Part shown: in pieces, positions 1 through 12,800 of the stretch
Layout: each line of letters begins with the position of its first letter
Numbering within the stretch: position 1 is the first letter of the stretch
NCBI RefSeq assembly: GCF_018350175.1
Contig: NC_058373.1
Coordinates: 115,384,001 to 115,448,000, forward strand
From: Felis catus
Lineage: Eukaryota
Length of the DNA stretch: 64,000 nt
Direction of reading: 5' to 3'
Program-made: the position numbers and the translations under genes
Notes under the pieces: generated by a model
The model's database searches: none
The model's input: only the letters and a program-made list of their open reading frames with translations
Told to the model about the DNA's origin: nothing

Positions 1-1062
1 AAGAAGTATTATCCAATATAGAAGTAGTATAACCATCTGTACGAAATCATCCTATTAAGATAACTACCGTGTGCATGTGCGCACATGTGTGCACATGTAT
101 GCACACACACACACACATACACACACCCCACATCCTATCTTTACCGTCAAGGTGGCTTTCTGCCACATCCCTAGTCTCCCGGGAGGTATGGGTCTCTTTC
201 CTTGGTGGCTGCCAAGGCTGTTGGCATGGAGTGGATTCGGTTTAAGGGACCCCCTCAGAGCGAAGCCCAGAGCCTTTAGCGGGGATTGGACCCACAGGCA
301 GAAGGACAGTGAGCTGTGAAGGCCCCTGGGCCCTTATATGCTGTCGTGGGAAGCTCTTTGTGGGATTGGCTTCTCCAGGGCTTTGCCACGATCGACTCTT
401 TGTGAATGAATGAACCCTAATGTGCTGATTCTGGATACGGTGAGTGTGGTTGCTGGCTCTGTGCTTGCCACCCACCTGGCTGTCGGTTTTATGGATATGC
501 AGATTAGACAGGTGCAGATGAGCTATGGGAGCCCTCCCTGGGAGCAGGCAGCACATCAACATCATTATTGATGAAAGGCCGTTGCTGGGACTGGGACGCA
601 CAGTCCTAATTCCTGTGCTGAGACATCGCGACAGCCTCCCGCCACGTGCACACGATGCGCCCTGCCCCAAGTGCCATTGCTCTGTCCTCCCAGGTCCGTT
701 GCACTATTCATCCAGCTGTGAACCAGACACAGCCAGGTGAGGATACAATGATGAGAGCAAAATGGACATGGCCAGTGCTCTCGTAGATTTTCCATCTGCG
801 GGGAGGGGCAGACAATCACACAGATAAAATCCAGCTTCAGAGTGGGCACTGCTTGGCCCTGCCGCTGTGACCCACCTGGAAGGTCGGGGGGGGGGGCAGC
901 GAGGGCTTCCCTGAGGGTGCGATGCTCCAGTGGGGTGTGGAGGGGCAGGAGGAGGACTTGCGTGGGTGAAGGGAAGGGAGGCATTGTAGCCAGAGGGCAT
1001 GGACGGGACAGACAGGGATAGGCTTGGTGGCTGCAGGTGAGCGGTTGAAATTCTCCCCATTC

Positions 1063-1280
1063 TTTTTTTTTTTTTTTTAAGTTTATTTATTTATTTTGAG
1101 AGAGAAAGAGAGCACGAGCCCGGGAGGGGAAGAGAGAGAGGGAGAGAGAGAATCCCAAGCAGGCTCTGCACTGTCAGCATCGAGCCTGATGTGGGGCTTG
1201 AACTCATGAACTGTGAAATCATGACCTGAGCCAAAGTCAAGAGCCGGGCGCTTAACTGACTGAGTCACTCAGGTGCCCCC
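1063..1280 (-). mobile_element. CAN-SINE (SINEC, feline type)
   Basis: Poly-T, (GA)n and reverse-complemented tRNA-derived head ending ggtgcccc. TSD aaattctccccattc at 1048-1062 and 1281-1295. Confidence 0.93.
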
Positions 1281-1295
1281 AAATTCTCCCCATTC

Positions 1296-1518
1296 TTTTT
1301 TTTTTTTTTAATTTTTTAACGTTTATTCATTTTTGAGAGACAGAGACAGAGCACAAGCTGGGGAGGGGCAGAGAGAGAGGGAGATACAGAGTCAGAAGCA
1401 GGCTCCAGGCTCTGAACTGTCAGCAAATAGCCTCTTGTGGGGCTCAAACCACGAACCATGAGATCATGACCTGAGCCGAAGTCAGATGCTTAACTGACTG
1501 AGCCACCCAGGCGCCCCA
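1296..1518 (-). mobile_element. CAN-SINE (SINEC_Fc-like), tandem to the previous copy
   Basis: Same architecture; flanked by aaattctccccattc (1281-1295) and aaattctccccgttc (1519-1533). Confidence 0.93.
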
Positions 1519-3104
1519 AAATTCTCCCCGTTCTTCAAGCCAATTCACAGTCACCATTTACATGGGGAGCCCTGCTGTATGCTCCTGAGCCCTGGGTTAC
1601 TTATGGTGTTTGATACACCCAGGCTCCTGTGAGGGTCTAAATTCCTTGGGGCGAGGGTCCACACTTGGTTGCCCGGAAGGGCCACGAACTATCCTTTCTC
1701 ACACCAGCTTCCTGCCGCAGGGCTGGCAGGATGCCTCTTGAGCTCTGCCTCCTGCCTGAGTCACAGCCTGGGGAGGCCAGGGGCAGGATTAGGAGCGAGC
1801 GAGCTTGCCTGAGCAGCCCCAGGCCCGCAGACGTCTGCCTTGGTCATTCCATCAGGGGCAAGATCTCGCAGGCTGGCCCAACCGGCCCTCATGCCTTGCA
1901 GAGGATGCCTGACCCGTCCCAGGGCAGGCCGTTAGGACATGAGGCTCACAGCCTGCACTGGTTTTCATTTCCACTTACTCACTGCAGAATTTAGAGTGAT
2001 GAGTCCTCCTCTGTTCTGGGCCAACTTTCCCAGTAGAGCAGGAGACATCGGTTCATTTAGCCAACATTTACTGCACACCCTGATGTGTCAGGCCCCGAGT
2101 CCCTGGGCGCTCCGGCCCAAGGCCTCAGAGGTGAACAGGCTCTGTCCCCTGTCCTCGGGGGCTCCCAGACTGTGACAGTGGCAGCCCCCTTCACCTCTCT
2201 CAACTAGCCTGTGAGGAGGGTGAATGAAATCCCGTATCATGTAGGGCTTTGTATTCTGGGGAGGGAGACGCCTGGCAAACCCCAGGGCAACCTTAGCAGT
2301 TTTCCGTGTGCTACGAAAGAGCATTCCCCGGGGCTGGGCTGGGGCCCTAACTTGCGTGGTCTCACTGCATCGTCCAGCCGGGCCACGAAACGGTGCTTCT
2401 CATGTGTTTCTTTCCTTTTATAAAATGGCTCCAAGGGTCTTGAAGCCCGCAGTGCTTTGCAGTGGCAACCAGAAATAGGCTAGGCATCACGGTGGGGGTG
2501 ATGTCCGTGTCTGCCCCAGGACCCCGGGGTGTTCCGGAGGAATTTGGCTGGCTGTGGTCATGGGATGCCCACCTGGGCACGCTGCTCCTATCAGCCACAA
2601 CCTCGGAGGACCCGCAGCGATCTGTCGCAGAATCAGGCAGAGCCACCGGGCTTTATACTCAATTGGCTCATTGGAGAGGCAGCTCGTCTGTCATGATACA
2701 GAGCCAGGCTTTAGAGTGGCATTGCCTGGCTGTGTCGTCCTGGGCTAGTAACAAAGCCTCTGGCGCTTTCTTGCTGGTATACGATAGAAGTGCGAATACC
2801 GCACGTTGTGTGGATAGAAAGACCCGAGTAATGTCCTTTGCACAGTGGCTGGCATAAAGTTGGCAAGCTCAGTAAACAGTGGTGGATGTTGCTACCTGCT
2901 TCTTTTCCACTTCCCGTCACGCTTTAGGCTGAAAGGTTCTGTGCATCATTATATGCTCAGGCAGAAAGGCTGGCATGAGGCCCAGGGTTCTCTGAACCCT
3001 TCCTGCCACAGGAACTGGCTTTCCTGGGGAAAGTCATGCCTCGAGTTGACCTCCTGCTGTTGCCCTTGGCCATCGCTGTTGGGTGAAATGTGTTCTTTAT
3101 GCCC

Positions 3105-3322
3105 TTGATGCTTGATGTGGGGTGTGGTCTGCCAGCCAGGATCGTTGGCATCGCTAGGGGCTTGCTAGGAATGCAGCATCCGGGCACCCCCCCGCCCCGC
3201 TAGGGGCTTGCTAGGAATGCAGCATCCGGGCACCCCCCGCCCCACCCGACCCACTGCATGAGAATCTGCATGTTAACAAGATCCCAGGTGATTCATATGC
3301 ACCTTAAAGTTCGGGAAGCCTG
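3105..3322. mobile_element. MER5-like hAT-Charlie relic containing a tandem duplication of about 46 bp
   Basis: cttgctaggaatgcag...agaatctgcatgttaacaagatcccaggtgattcatatgcaccttaaagtt resembles the recalled MER5 consensus. Confidence 0.75.
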
Positions 3323-3898
3323 CTTAACCTCATATCAGCTCATGGGGATAGAACCCTCACTGTATTTTTGGTGTGTGGGGGGCGGGGGGCAAGGCTGCAG
3401 ATGGGCAGAGGAGGGGAGGGGAGTGAGCAGATGAGACAACTGAAAGCCAACAGAACTTGACTGGAACTTCCTGCCTTGAGTCGGTTGCCACACTGAACCT
3501 CATTCTCCTGTTGACTCCTCCCTCAGGTGAGCTCCTGGGGCAGGTCCTCACCATACACCTTCCGTGCCAGCTCACTGCCTGGTTCACAGTAGGACTCAAT
3601 ATATGTTTGAGTAAATGCAGCAAAATGATTTCTAGGAGGTGTGTTTCCTCTCCTTGGTTCTGAAAGCCAGGCGCAGGAGGTGGTGGTTGGCGGGGGGCAA
3701 TGGATGTGCAAGGGGTAACTTGCTATGGACTGGAAGGAGGCCCCCCTCTTCGTATGGCATTGCCCCATGCCTTCCTGGACTTTCTGTCTGGAGCTGTACC
3801 CAATCTGTGTCCTGATGACCCTCGTTTACATCTCTAGCCCTTACCTCTAGACTCCTATGGCAGCTGCCTCTTGGACATCTTCATTGAAGGGTTGTCTT

Positions 3899-4121
3899 TT
3901 TTTTTTTTTAAATTTTTTTTTACATTTATTTATTTTTGATAGAGAGAGACAGAGCACATGTGGGAGAGGGACACAGAGAGAAGGAGACACAGAATCCAAA
4001 GCAGGCTCCAGGCTCTGAGCTGTCAGCACAGAGCCTGATGCGGGGCTTGAATTCACAAACCGTGAGATCATGACCTGAGCCGAAGTCGGACGCTTAACCG
4101 ACTGAGCCACCCAGGCGCCCC
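3899..4121 (-). mobile_element. CAN-SINE (SINEC_Fc-like)
   Basis: Full architecture; perfect TSD attgaagggttgtctt at 3883-3898 and 4122-4137. Confidence 0.95.
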
Positions 4122-4254
4122 ATTGAAGGGTTGTCTTAAGAGTTGCAGACAGAGCCTGAAACAGGGATTCTGGTGCATGAGATTTACTGAGAGCATGCTC
4201 TGAGGGGAAAGAGAGTGAGGGAAGCAGGATAGGGCAGGGGAACTGGCTGGCAAG

Positions 4255-4640
4255 ATACGATCCACTCCCTTATACATGGAATCTAAAGAAATCAAACTCA
4301 TAGAATGATGGTTGCCAGAGGCTGGGGGTGGGGATGGGGAGATGTTGGCTAAAAGGTATAAACTTCCAGTTAGAAGAGGAAAATAAATTTTATGGGGATC
4401 TAATGTACAGTGTAGTGACTATAGTTAATAATGTACTGTATACTTGAAAGTTGCTAAGAGTAGGTCTTAAGTGTTCTCACCGTGCAAAAAAAAAAAAAGA
4501 TAATATGTGAGGTTACCTTATTAGCTTGATTGTAGTAATCATTTCACAGTATATACATATATCAAAACATCATGTTGTACCCCCTAAATATATACAATTT
4601 TTATTTTTCAATTATATTTCAGTAAAGCTGGGGAAAAAAA
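4255..4640 (+). mobile_element. L1MA-type 3' end fragment
   Basis: gatctaatgtacagtgtagtgactatagttaataat...ttgaaagttgctaagag...catgttgtacccc...aaagctggggaaaaaaa is a typical L1MA 3'UTR with a short A tail. Confidence 0.8.
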
Positions 4641-4854
4641 CTATGTGGTGCCAGGTAATGTCTGGCCTTGGCCTGATCACCTGGGTGGGGGTGGGGAAGG
4701 TAGGCACATAACCTCCCTGGTGTCTCCTGGTGGAACAGCTGCCTTCCTAAGGCATTTCTGTACTTTCAGCAAATGGGCAATGGATGCACCAGCCAGAAGA
4801 CGGGGTCTAAGTGGGGCATCACTAGCAGCTACTCTTGATGTCTTGTAAACATCT

Positions 4855-5195
4855 ACAACTTAAGAAGCCTTAAATTGTCCTTTCCTTGCAAATTGAGTCC
4901 TACCCAGACTTTCTTATCCCAGTAAATGGCCCTACCACTCACCCATTTGTTTGCTCAAGCCAAAAATCTAGAGATCATTCTTGGTCCGTTTTTCCCCCCT
5001 TAACCACCCACATCTGGAACATCAGCAAATCCTGTGGAGTCTGCCTCCAGACTATATCCCATCCGTACTGTCCTCTCTCTCTCCATGTATACAATCTTAA
5101 ACTGCTACCCCCATATCTTGGGCCTGGATAGCATCAGTAACCTCAAAATCAATTTCCCTGCTTCTTTTCTTACCCTCTTCAGAAAGCACGCCTGG
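4855..5195 (+). mobile_element. L2 fragment
   Basis: agtaaatggc...ttgctcaagccaaaaatctagag...atcagcaaatcctgtgg resembles the L2 3' region. Confidence 0.6.
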
Positions 5196-5214
5196 GTGAA
5201 TCTTTTTTTTTTTT

Positions 5215-5690
5215 TCCTAAGGACTTTATTATTATTATTTTTTTAGAGCCGTTTTAGGTTCACAGAAAAATTAAAAGGAAGCTACAGAAATTTCCCATAT
5301 AGTCCCTGCCCCCCCCCCCCCACATGCACAGCCTCCCCCATTGTCAGCCTCCCCCTGCCGGAGTGGCACATTTATTACAACTGGTGAACCCATACTGACC
5401 CATTGTAATCACTCCAAGTCCATAGTTAACATTAGGGTTCACTTTTGGTGTTGTACATCCTATGGGTTTGGACAAATGGTTAATGGCGTGAATCTGCAAT
5501 TGTAGTATCACGTGTTTTCGCTGCCCCCCAAATCCTCTGTGATCTGCCTATTCATCCCTCTTCTGCAGTCGCTGGCAACCACTGATCTTTTTACTATCTC
5601 TTCAGTGTTGCCTTTTCCAGAATAGCATATAGTTGGAGTCATATAGTATGTAGCCTTTTCAGATTGGCTTCTTTCACTTAGTAAGTGAAA
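5215..5690 (-). mobile_element. L1MC-type (L1MC1-like) 3' end
   Basis: ttttaggttcacagaaaaatt...agtccatagttaacattagggttcact...tatgggtttggacaaatg...ccttttcagattggcttctttcacttag. Confidence 0.8.
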
Positions 5691-5714
5691 ACATCCTTAC
5701 TATGAAGCTAAAAC

Positions 5715-5842
5715 ATCTGAAGCAGGCTCCAGGCTCTGAGCTGTCAGCACAGGGCCCGATGTGGGGCTCGAACCCACAAACTGTGAGCTCATGACCTGAG
5801 CCGAAGTCAGATGTTTAACTGACTGAGCCACCCGGGCGCCCC
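5715..5842 (-). mobile_element. Truncated CAN-SINE (head only; no CT tract or A tail)
   Basis: atctgaagcaggctccaggctctgagctgtcagc...gccacccgggcgcccc. Confidence 0.88.
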
Positions 5843-8800
5843 TCGACTGGAAGGTTCTTGAGTGGAGGAGCCATGATCCTCCCTGGATTTTGTGTGGGTA
5901 GCACATTCTTGACATTCAAGTCTGTGCTCAAGTGTTACCCCACCCCCAACTGTCTAGTCTTTCTTTGACCATATGATCCAGTCATTTGCTGTGCCATCAC
6001 CTTGTTCTGTTTCCTTCTGAACATAAATTACTGTCTGAAATGGTTTGTCCTTTTGTTTGTGTGTGAGATGTAAAGCCTGTGAGAGCAGGGGCTCACTGTT
6101 GTCTCACCAGTACCAAGAACAGTGCCGGGCACATAGTAGGCTCAGATATCTGTGGACTAAGTGACTGAACCCTAGGAGAAGTGAATGAAGAGACTTGAGG
6201 CCTGCCAGTTCTCCGGAATCTTCCATTGTAGGTTAGACATTGTCCTTTTTCCAACTTTCTTCTTATCAAAATAAGCAAAGCAGGAAAGGAAACCCAGTTT
6301 CCTGCTTATACCTCAGACCACCAGGAAAGACAGACAAATTCTGGAAAAATCCGAGCATACCCCGGAGTGGTGTGCTGGCTCTTCCCAAATGAAGACTCAC
6401 CTCCCTGGGGACTTGTTAGGGCTCCATGAGAGGCTCGTCTCAGGAACCGTCTGGCATGGAGGCCTGCGGAGCTGGTTAATATCACAGTCTTTTACATTTT
6501 TTTCCATCTCCTGGCTTGGTATTAACCGAAGCCCTGATGAAGTCTGGACATCGCACGGCTAGGGAACAAACACAAATGAACTATGTTCTCCTGGATGACA
6601 ACTTTGTGTGAAGAACGAGAAGCAGGGTTTTCCTGATGGGAGATTCTTGGGGCATAATGAAGTCAAGCCATTCAGGCCTCCGCATTGTGTTCTGAGAAGT
6701 TTCGGAAGGAACAGCCTCGATATCAGGACCAATCACTCCCCAAGGGATAGCTAGGTTGAATCTTAGTGTTTGATTTTGTGCCAGGGAGGACGGAGCCATC
6801 CTCCCTGCTTCAAGCTTCAGGTCAGGTGATGGGCGTGATAACTTTGAGAGCATAGGGAAGGGAAAGTGGAAAAAATAGGGCTCTAGGGGCCGGGCAGCGG
6901 ATGCAGGAGAGATTTGGATTCCTTCTCCTGTTGTATCTCCCTCTCGTGGCCTCCAGCCCTCGAGGCTCTGCAGAGGATCAAATGGCCCTTCCTTCAGAGA
7001 CAGCTGAACCCTGCTTTTGTCCTGCAGCCAGCACTCTGACCAGTCCTGTCAGATCGCTCCCAGACCAGCTTCCTCTCTTTATACTTTCTGTTCCTCACTG
7101 GGGCATAGCTGGGGACCACACTTGCCCTGCTCACGGTCGGCAGTCCTCGGGCAGAATGACACATAGGTACCAAATAACCATTCCTGGATGTTGAATGGCG
7201 GAAGGTACGTTGGAGTAAGAAGATCTCATTGAAAGCCGTGTTCTAGCACTCCTTTGTGTGGTGACCTCGAGGACGTTGCTTGAGCTCTCTGAACCTTGGT
7301 CAGTGTGCCCAGGATGGCTCGCATGTTGCTGTGGGAGCCAGAATGCGGTTAGGATGACGACAACAATAATGGCCAACATTTACTGAGGCCTCAGTCTGTG
7401 GCGGCCATGATTCTGCTTTCTTTACAAGACTTCACTTTGCTCATGACATCCTCCTGGGGTGGTTCTGTTGTGGCCATCCCACAGCTGTGGGAATGGAGGC
7501 ACAGAGGAGTCAAACAGCACGGCCAAGGCCGCAAACAGGAGCTAGGGATGGAGCCTGTGTGCTTATTTCGCATGACCAGTGGAGATAATATATGCAGAAT
7601 GTGTTTTGTAAGTGTTGGCCGGCTTCCAGTTGTTTCAGTATTACACATCCAGGCTGGCTTCACGAGGTCCAGGCCCCGGGGCTTGGTTTTGGAGGTCACT
7701 GACATCTGAGCATTTGCCGCGTGTGTGCTGGGACCCACAAACGCCAGACAGGAAGGGCTTTGCGATTGCTTGAGAATGTGAAAGGGCTGGCAGGATAGGG
7801 AGCTGAGCTCAGTGACATGGGTAAGAGGAAACCTCTCTCCCCCGCCAGAAAACCTCAGAGGGGGTGCAGGATTGCATGGGGGCGAGGCCGCTTCTCCAAC
7901 CACTGCTCTGGTTTTCTGGAGGGAGGCTGGATGGGCCCGGTCCCCACTTCCTCCCTCACCTGTGAACCAAGGGTTTGGCGGGACCGATCACCCAGCAGGA
8001 CCTCCGAGCCACCTTGGCCGGGGGTGTCCTGTAACTCGAGGAAACGAGAAGTGGAACAAACAGAAGGCAGGGGTCAGTATGGGGAAGAGAAGGTGACCGG
8101 GAACTGGACAAGGAGAGCCGTGGGGTTTGATGTAGTAGGATTCCTACCAGAAGAGAAGGGATGCCTCGAGTAAACCCAGGAAGCTTCAGACCTGAGGCCT
8201 AGACTGGAGAAGACACTTGCCCGAGGCCTGGAGGACGACGCGTCCGAGTGTCCGCAGTTGGCACCCAGTCTGGGAAACGGGAGGTCGGGCTGACCTGGAG
8301 TCCGCTTCCTCCTCCTCCAGGAAGCAGGCAGGCTTCCTCCGCTGCGCCGTGCCCGTGCGCAGCTCTGATTTGTTTCAAGATTTTCCTCGTCTGCATCAGA
8401 GATGGTTTTTCTTGGCAAATCGCAACTTTTTCAGAAAGCAAAAATGCAGTCTCCTCGTAGCTTGGGTCAGCATAATCCCGTTTGTTTATGCAGGCTCAGT
8501 GTGTTTGAGGCCAGCGCCAGATCCAGCCAGGGGTGAGGGTCCGGCCCAGCCCAGACAGCTTTGTAGCTGGATTTGCAAACTCCAGCATGGCTCCAGGTCT
8601 AGATCTTTCTGGTCATTGGTGCATGTAGTGTGGCTGTGTGCCCTGGGTTTCCTAGGTGCCCTACTTTGTGGGGTCCTCTTCAGTGGGCCCTTTATCGGCT
8701 TCCTGGGACCTGTATTTCAGAGTGTTAGGAACCACCTAACAACAATTTGGGAGAAAATCTACGTTCATCTGTTTTGTCCAACTAATGTGCTCATCGGGGT

Positions 8801-9394
8801 AGAGTTACTCATATTACATATCTTCAGAGCCCAAAGGGTTAAGTCATGCATATATACATACATTATATAAAAACACACATATATGCATATACACATAGAT
8901 ACGTCTGTATGTGTATTTACACATACATACACCTATTTCCTATGCTTATTTCTGTTCTCAGTTTCCACCTTTATCATAAATTCACCAAGGAGGGTCAGCA
9001 AAGTGTGCCTCTTAAACGCCCCAAGTGAAAGGTGGTGTAGGTGCCGGGATGTATGACAAAGACAGATGCCTTTCTGGAGAGGAAATGACCATCTGGAAAT
9101 CTGTCTGCACTCTCCCTGGAGGGCCTGGATCTCTCCGAAGGAAGATGTGTTTGCAGGACTGGAGCCTCCCCGGGAGAGACAAGCTCACACGTTGCACAGG
9201 AAGAGACCTTCTTGAGGCCAGTGTCTGCCACCTCCAAGGTCCCTGGGGGCTCTGGGCTGACCGGTTAGAGGAGGAAGAAGAAGCTGGAGCCATTCCACGT
9301 GTTGAAGTCTTTCTCTTCCATTCCCTACGGCCTCTTTTGCCCCTATCCAATTTTGGAGTGGTCCTAATAAAGATGGCCACCCTTCGTCTAGTGT

Positions 9395-9610
9395 TTATGG
9401 TGTAGCAGGCACTGTGCTAAGTGCTTTATGAGCATCACCGCACTAGTCCTCATGACAAATCGTGGAATGGCATTCTTATTTTATAGATGAAGAAGCTGAG
9501 GCTCAGAGAGGTTAAGTGACTGTCCTGAGGTCACACAGCAGGTAAGTGCTGGAGCTGGGATTGGAAATCCTGGTCTGATTCTAAAGGTCACGCTCTTCAA
9601 TACTGTGCTA
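9395..9610 (-). mobile_element. MIR SINE
   Basis: Core ttttatagatgaagaagctgaggctcagagaggttaagtgactgtcctgaggtcacacagc. Confidence 0.85.
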
Positions 9611-9742
9611 CATTGGCCACAGAAATGCCTGAAGAAACTGAGTGCCTTCCAGGATGTTGGGATGAGTGTTTGAGAGAGATGTTCTGGAAGCCATTTGAAA
9701 GTTAATCCCGGGACAAAGGGTACTGAACGTCGGAGCCTTCTT

Positions 9743-9862
9743 TAGGAATCTGAGCCCCCAGAGAGGGGGACAGAGAGACAGCTACGTGGTCTCTCGGGGA
9801 AATAGGAATCTGAGCCCCCAGAGAGGGGGACAGAGAGACAGCTACGTGATCTCTCGGGGAAA
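9743..9862. repeat. 60-bp tandem duplication (2 copies, 1 mismatch)
   Basis: taggaatctgagcccccagagagggggacagagagacagctacgtg(g/a)tctctcggggaaa at 9743-9802 and 9803-9862. Confidence 0.95.
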
Positions 9863-12800
9863 AGTACAAGTCAATAAAGACCTTCTTGGGCCTGGCTTAA
9901 ACACAGGTGGGACTTGTTAGCAGTAACTGGGAGTTTGGCCAGACTCCATGGGGCTTGTTCGTCGGTGTGGCCATGGAAAGAGGCAGGCCCATGGGTGTCA
10001 GGCTGGCAAAGGAGGAGAGAAGCCTTGCTTCAGGGAAACCTCTTTGTGGTGTCTGGACCAAGCTGGTGATAGTCTCTTCTCTGGAGTTTCAAGTGAGCTT
10101 TGGTGCACAACACGCCAGGGGCCCACAGTGGTCTTCCCCCTCAGGAGGTCGGGGGGCAGGCCAGGGGGGGCTTCACAGCCCCCGAGAGAGCAGCCTGACC
10201 CCCAGGTCCACCTTGGAGACTGGGCTGCAACATGCACACGTGCTTCTGCTGCCTTACTTCTGGGTCACCCCTGGCTCCGTTCCATCCTCTGCCTCGACCC
10301 TGTTCCAGCCCCTGCCGACCGACACCCCTGATGGTGCCCTCCCCGTCTCTGCACATCTCCAGCCAGGTCACGGGAGTGACTCCACGGTCGGTCCCAGGAG
10401 TCAGCTGCTGGGCCACATCCCTCAGGAGGTCCGTGTGGCACTTGCTTTGCGCCAGACGCGGTTCAGAGGGTCGATGGCTCTGTGCTAGGGGAGAGGGGCG
10501 GGGGAGGTGGAGTCTTTTGTGGAACATCCATTTAAATTGCCTGAACCAAAGTGTGGCTTTGGGGAAGGATTTTTTTTTTTTTCCCTTTGGCAGCCGACAG
10601 GGTGCAGAGTAACATCACCCAGCCACTTCCCAACCCTCTTGGGTAGGAGCCAGCAGCCGGGGCCCTGGGTGGAGTTTGGAGGTTCAGGGGTCTGAGGAGG
10701 GCCCCCCACCCCCGGGGACACAAGAGTCAGAGCTGCTAGCCTCCAGGACTGGGGCTCGGGAAAGGTCCCTCTCGGGGAGGACCTGGAGAGACTCTCCCGA
10801 GAGGAGCCGGACTGGCCAGAGAGCACTTCTGAAGCTCACTCCCTGACAAGGACGCTCATCCCCCCACTCCCCCTCCCCGCACCGGAAGCGGAAGCGGGCT
10901 TGGCCTGGAGCAGGGAATGCGGGAGGTGACCTAATTACATCGCATTTACTGAAGTAGGCGGGAACCCGAGGATGGTGACAGCCATTTCCAGAACCTTCCT
11001 CTGAACCACCTCCCATATTGATTCTTACTTTCCAGCCCCACTGCCACTGGGTAGCCCAGGCCCCTGTCAACACCTCATGCCTGGATTTCTGCCAGTGCCT
11101 CTTAACTGTCCACTCTGCACTGACTCTCTTTCCCTCCCGTCCCTTCTCCCTGCCGCGGCCAGATTAACTAGCTGAAAATACCAGTTTTATGAAGTGACTT
11201 TCCTACCCGGGGCCTCCAAGGGGTCCTTCTGGCCCGAAGGAAAGAGGCACCCCACTCCGTCCTCACTCGGACCTTCTGCTGCAGCCAAGCTGGTCTGTGC
11301 CTGGTTCCCTGCACATGCGCGGTCCACTGCCCAAAGTGCTCTCCCTTCCTCCTCTCAGCCGTGAGCACAAACAGCATTTACCCTTCAAGGAGCCAGGTGC
11401 TACGCCTTCTGCAGGGTCCCCCGCCGCCTCAACTCATCCTTCTCCCAGACCCTATGCCCCGCCTGCCGTCACTGCTTTTGACAGGCAGTCAGTGAGGCAG
11501 GCCGGGTCAGCCTCTTCTTACGCGTCGATCTTTTCTCTTCAACCAGAGCATCGGCTTCTGGAAGGAAGGAGCCGGATTGCATTGTTTTTGCAGCCCTGGG
11601 TCAGGCCTCCGATGGGTTCTCAAGAAATAACTGCTGAATCGATCAAAAGGAAATAAGCTTAAATTGCAGCAGGAGGGACTTAGGTGAGCCTGAAGGGAAG
11701 ATTTTTAGAGAGCAGTTAGCTGTTTAGAAAGGACGACCAAGGAAGGCTGCAGCAGTCCAGGTCTTGTCCTGTCTGTGAAAATAAGAGGAAATTCCCCTGA
11801 GTAACGCTGGTAGGTGTGTGGTGGGAGTTTGTGGCAGCCGTCGGGGGGGGGGGCAGAGAGAGAAAGGTGGGGCAGGAAAGAAACGAATGGCCACCCTCGT
11901 TTTAGCCTCCTTTACGGACTCCAGATTTTTGGCTGCAATCCACCCTTCTACTTCTGATTCTCATCACTGGCTTGGGGCTTTCTGCACTCTTCCCGCTTGC
12001 TGCCCAGCCATCGTGTGGCCATAGCTGAACTGGATTCAAGGTGTGGAACGAGAAGGGAAGCAGGAGGCATGCAGGGAGGAGGGGACGCCAGCCTCGTCAG
12101 GGCCAGAGCCACGGAGCCGCTCACCTGTCCCAGGAGTCCCCAGCCGAAGAGTGGCTTTGCCACCCTGTTGCCTGCAAGCTGAGGCGGTCATCGGCAGCCG
12201 CCAGGAGCACGCTTGGGTACCTGGGGCTGGCGTGCTCAGAAGAATGGAAACCCTCCCCCCGCCATCGCCACTGCCCCGTGTTCTCCCGAACACAAGCAGC
12301 CCGCGGGGGAGGCTGCTCTGGGTTGCCAGAGATGTGTGGAGCCACAGGCACAGTGCCTGAGCGGGCACAGCTTCCAGAAGGGCTCGCTCACTGGGGGAGG
12401 TGGTGGGACCCTGGTTTTGTAGTAAACGTGGGTGTATATTGTGCAGTCTAGTGCGCCCCTGTGACATGGGACTACAGCTGAGACACAGGTGATGCTCTTC
12501 CTCTGCTGTTCGGGCGCCTCTGCGGAGGGCACTCCCAGACCGCCGCCAGGCTGCTCCCAGCCCCCGTGCCCCCTGTCTCCCCGGGGGTCCGGCGGGGGGG
12601 CACCGAGTGAAAGGAGCAACAGAAGTGAGAAAAAGGCAGCCAGAAACGAGTCAGGAGGAAGGGGGCGGTGGGAGCCAGGACTTTTGGTGCCGTTGGGGCT
12701 TCAGATGCTTAAGTAGGTGTACGTACATACATACGTACATATGTACGTGTACTAGCATTGTGCATACAGGTGCCTCCTTCTTCCTGCTCTCAATGGCCCA

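Noticed and set aside
1048..1533. Repeated 15-mer with intervening sequence as a CRISPR-like array
   Set aside because: The context is eukaryotic, the 'spacers' are SINEs and the repeats are TSDs.
8217..8870. 217-aa ORF, the longest in the track, and other 100-190 aa ORFs in GC-rich intron
   Set aside because: No recognisable domain, low-complexity composition, many with non-ATG starts and no splice-consistent structure. Expected by chance in GC-rich DNA.
12733..12748. Perfect 16-bp palindrome acgtacatatgtacgt
   Set aside because: It lies in low-complexity (TAYR)n sequence, where palindromes arise trivially.
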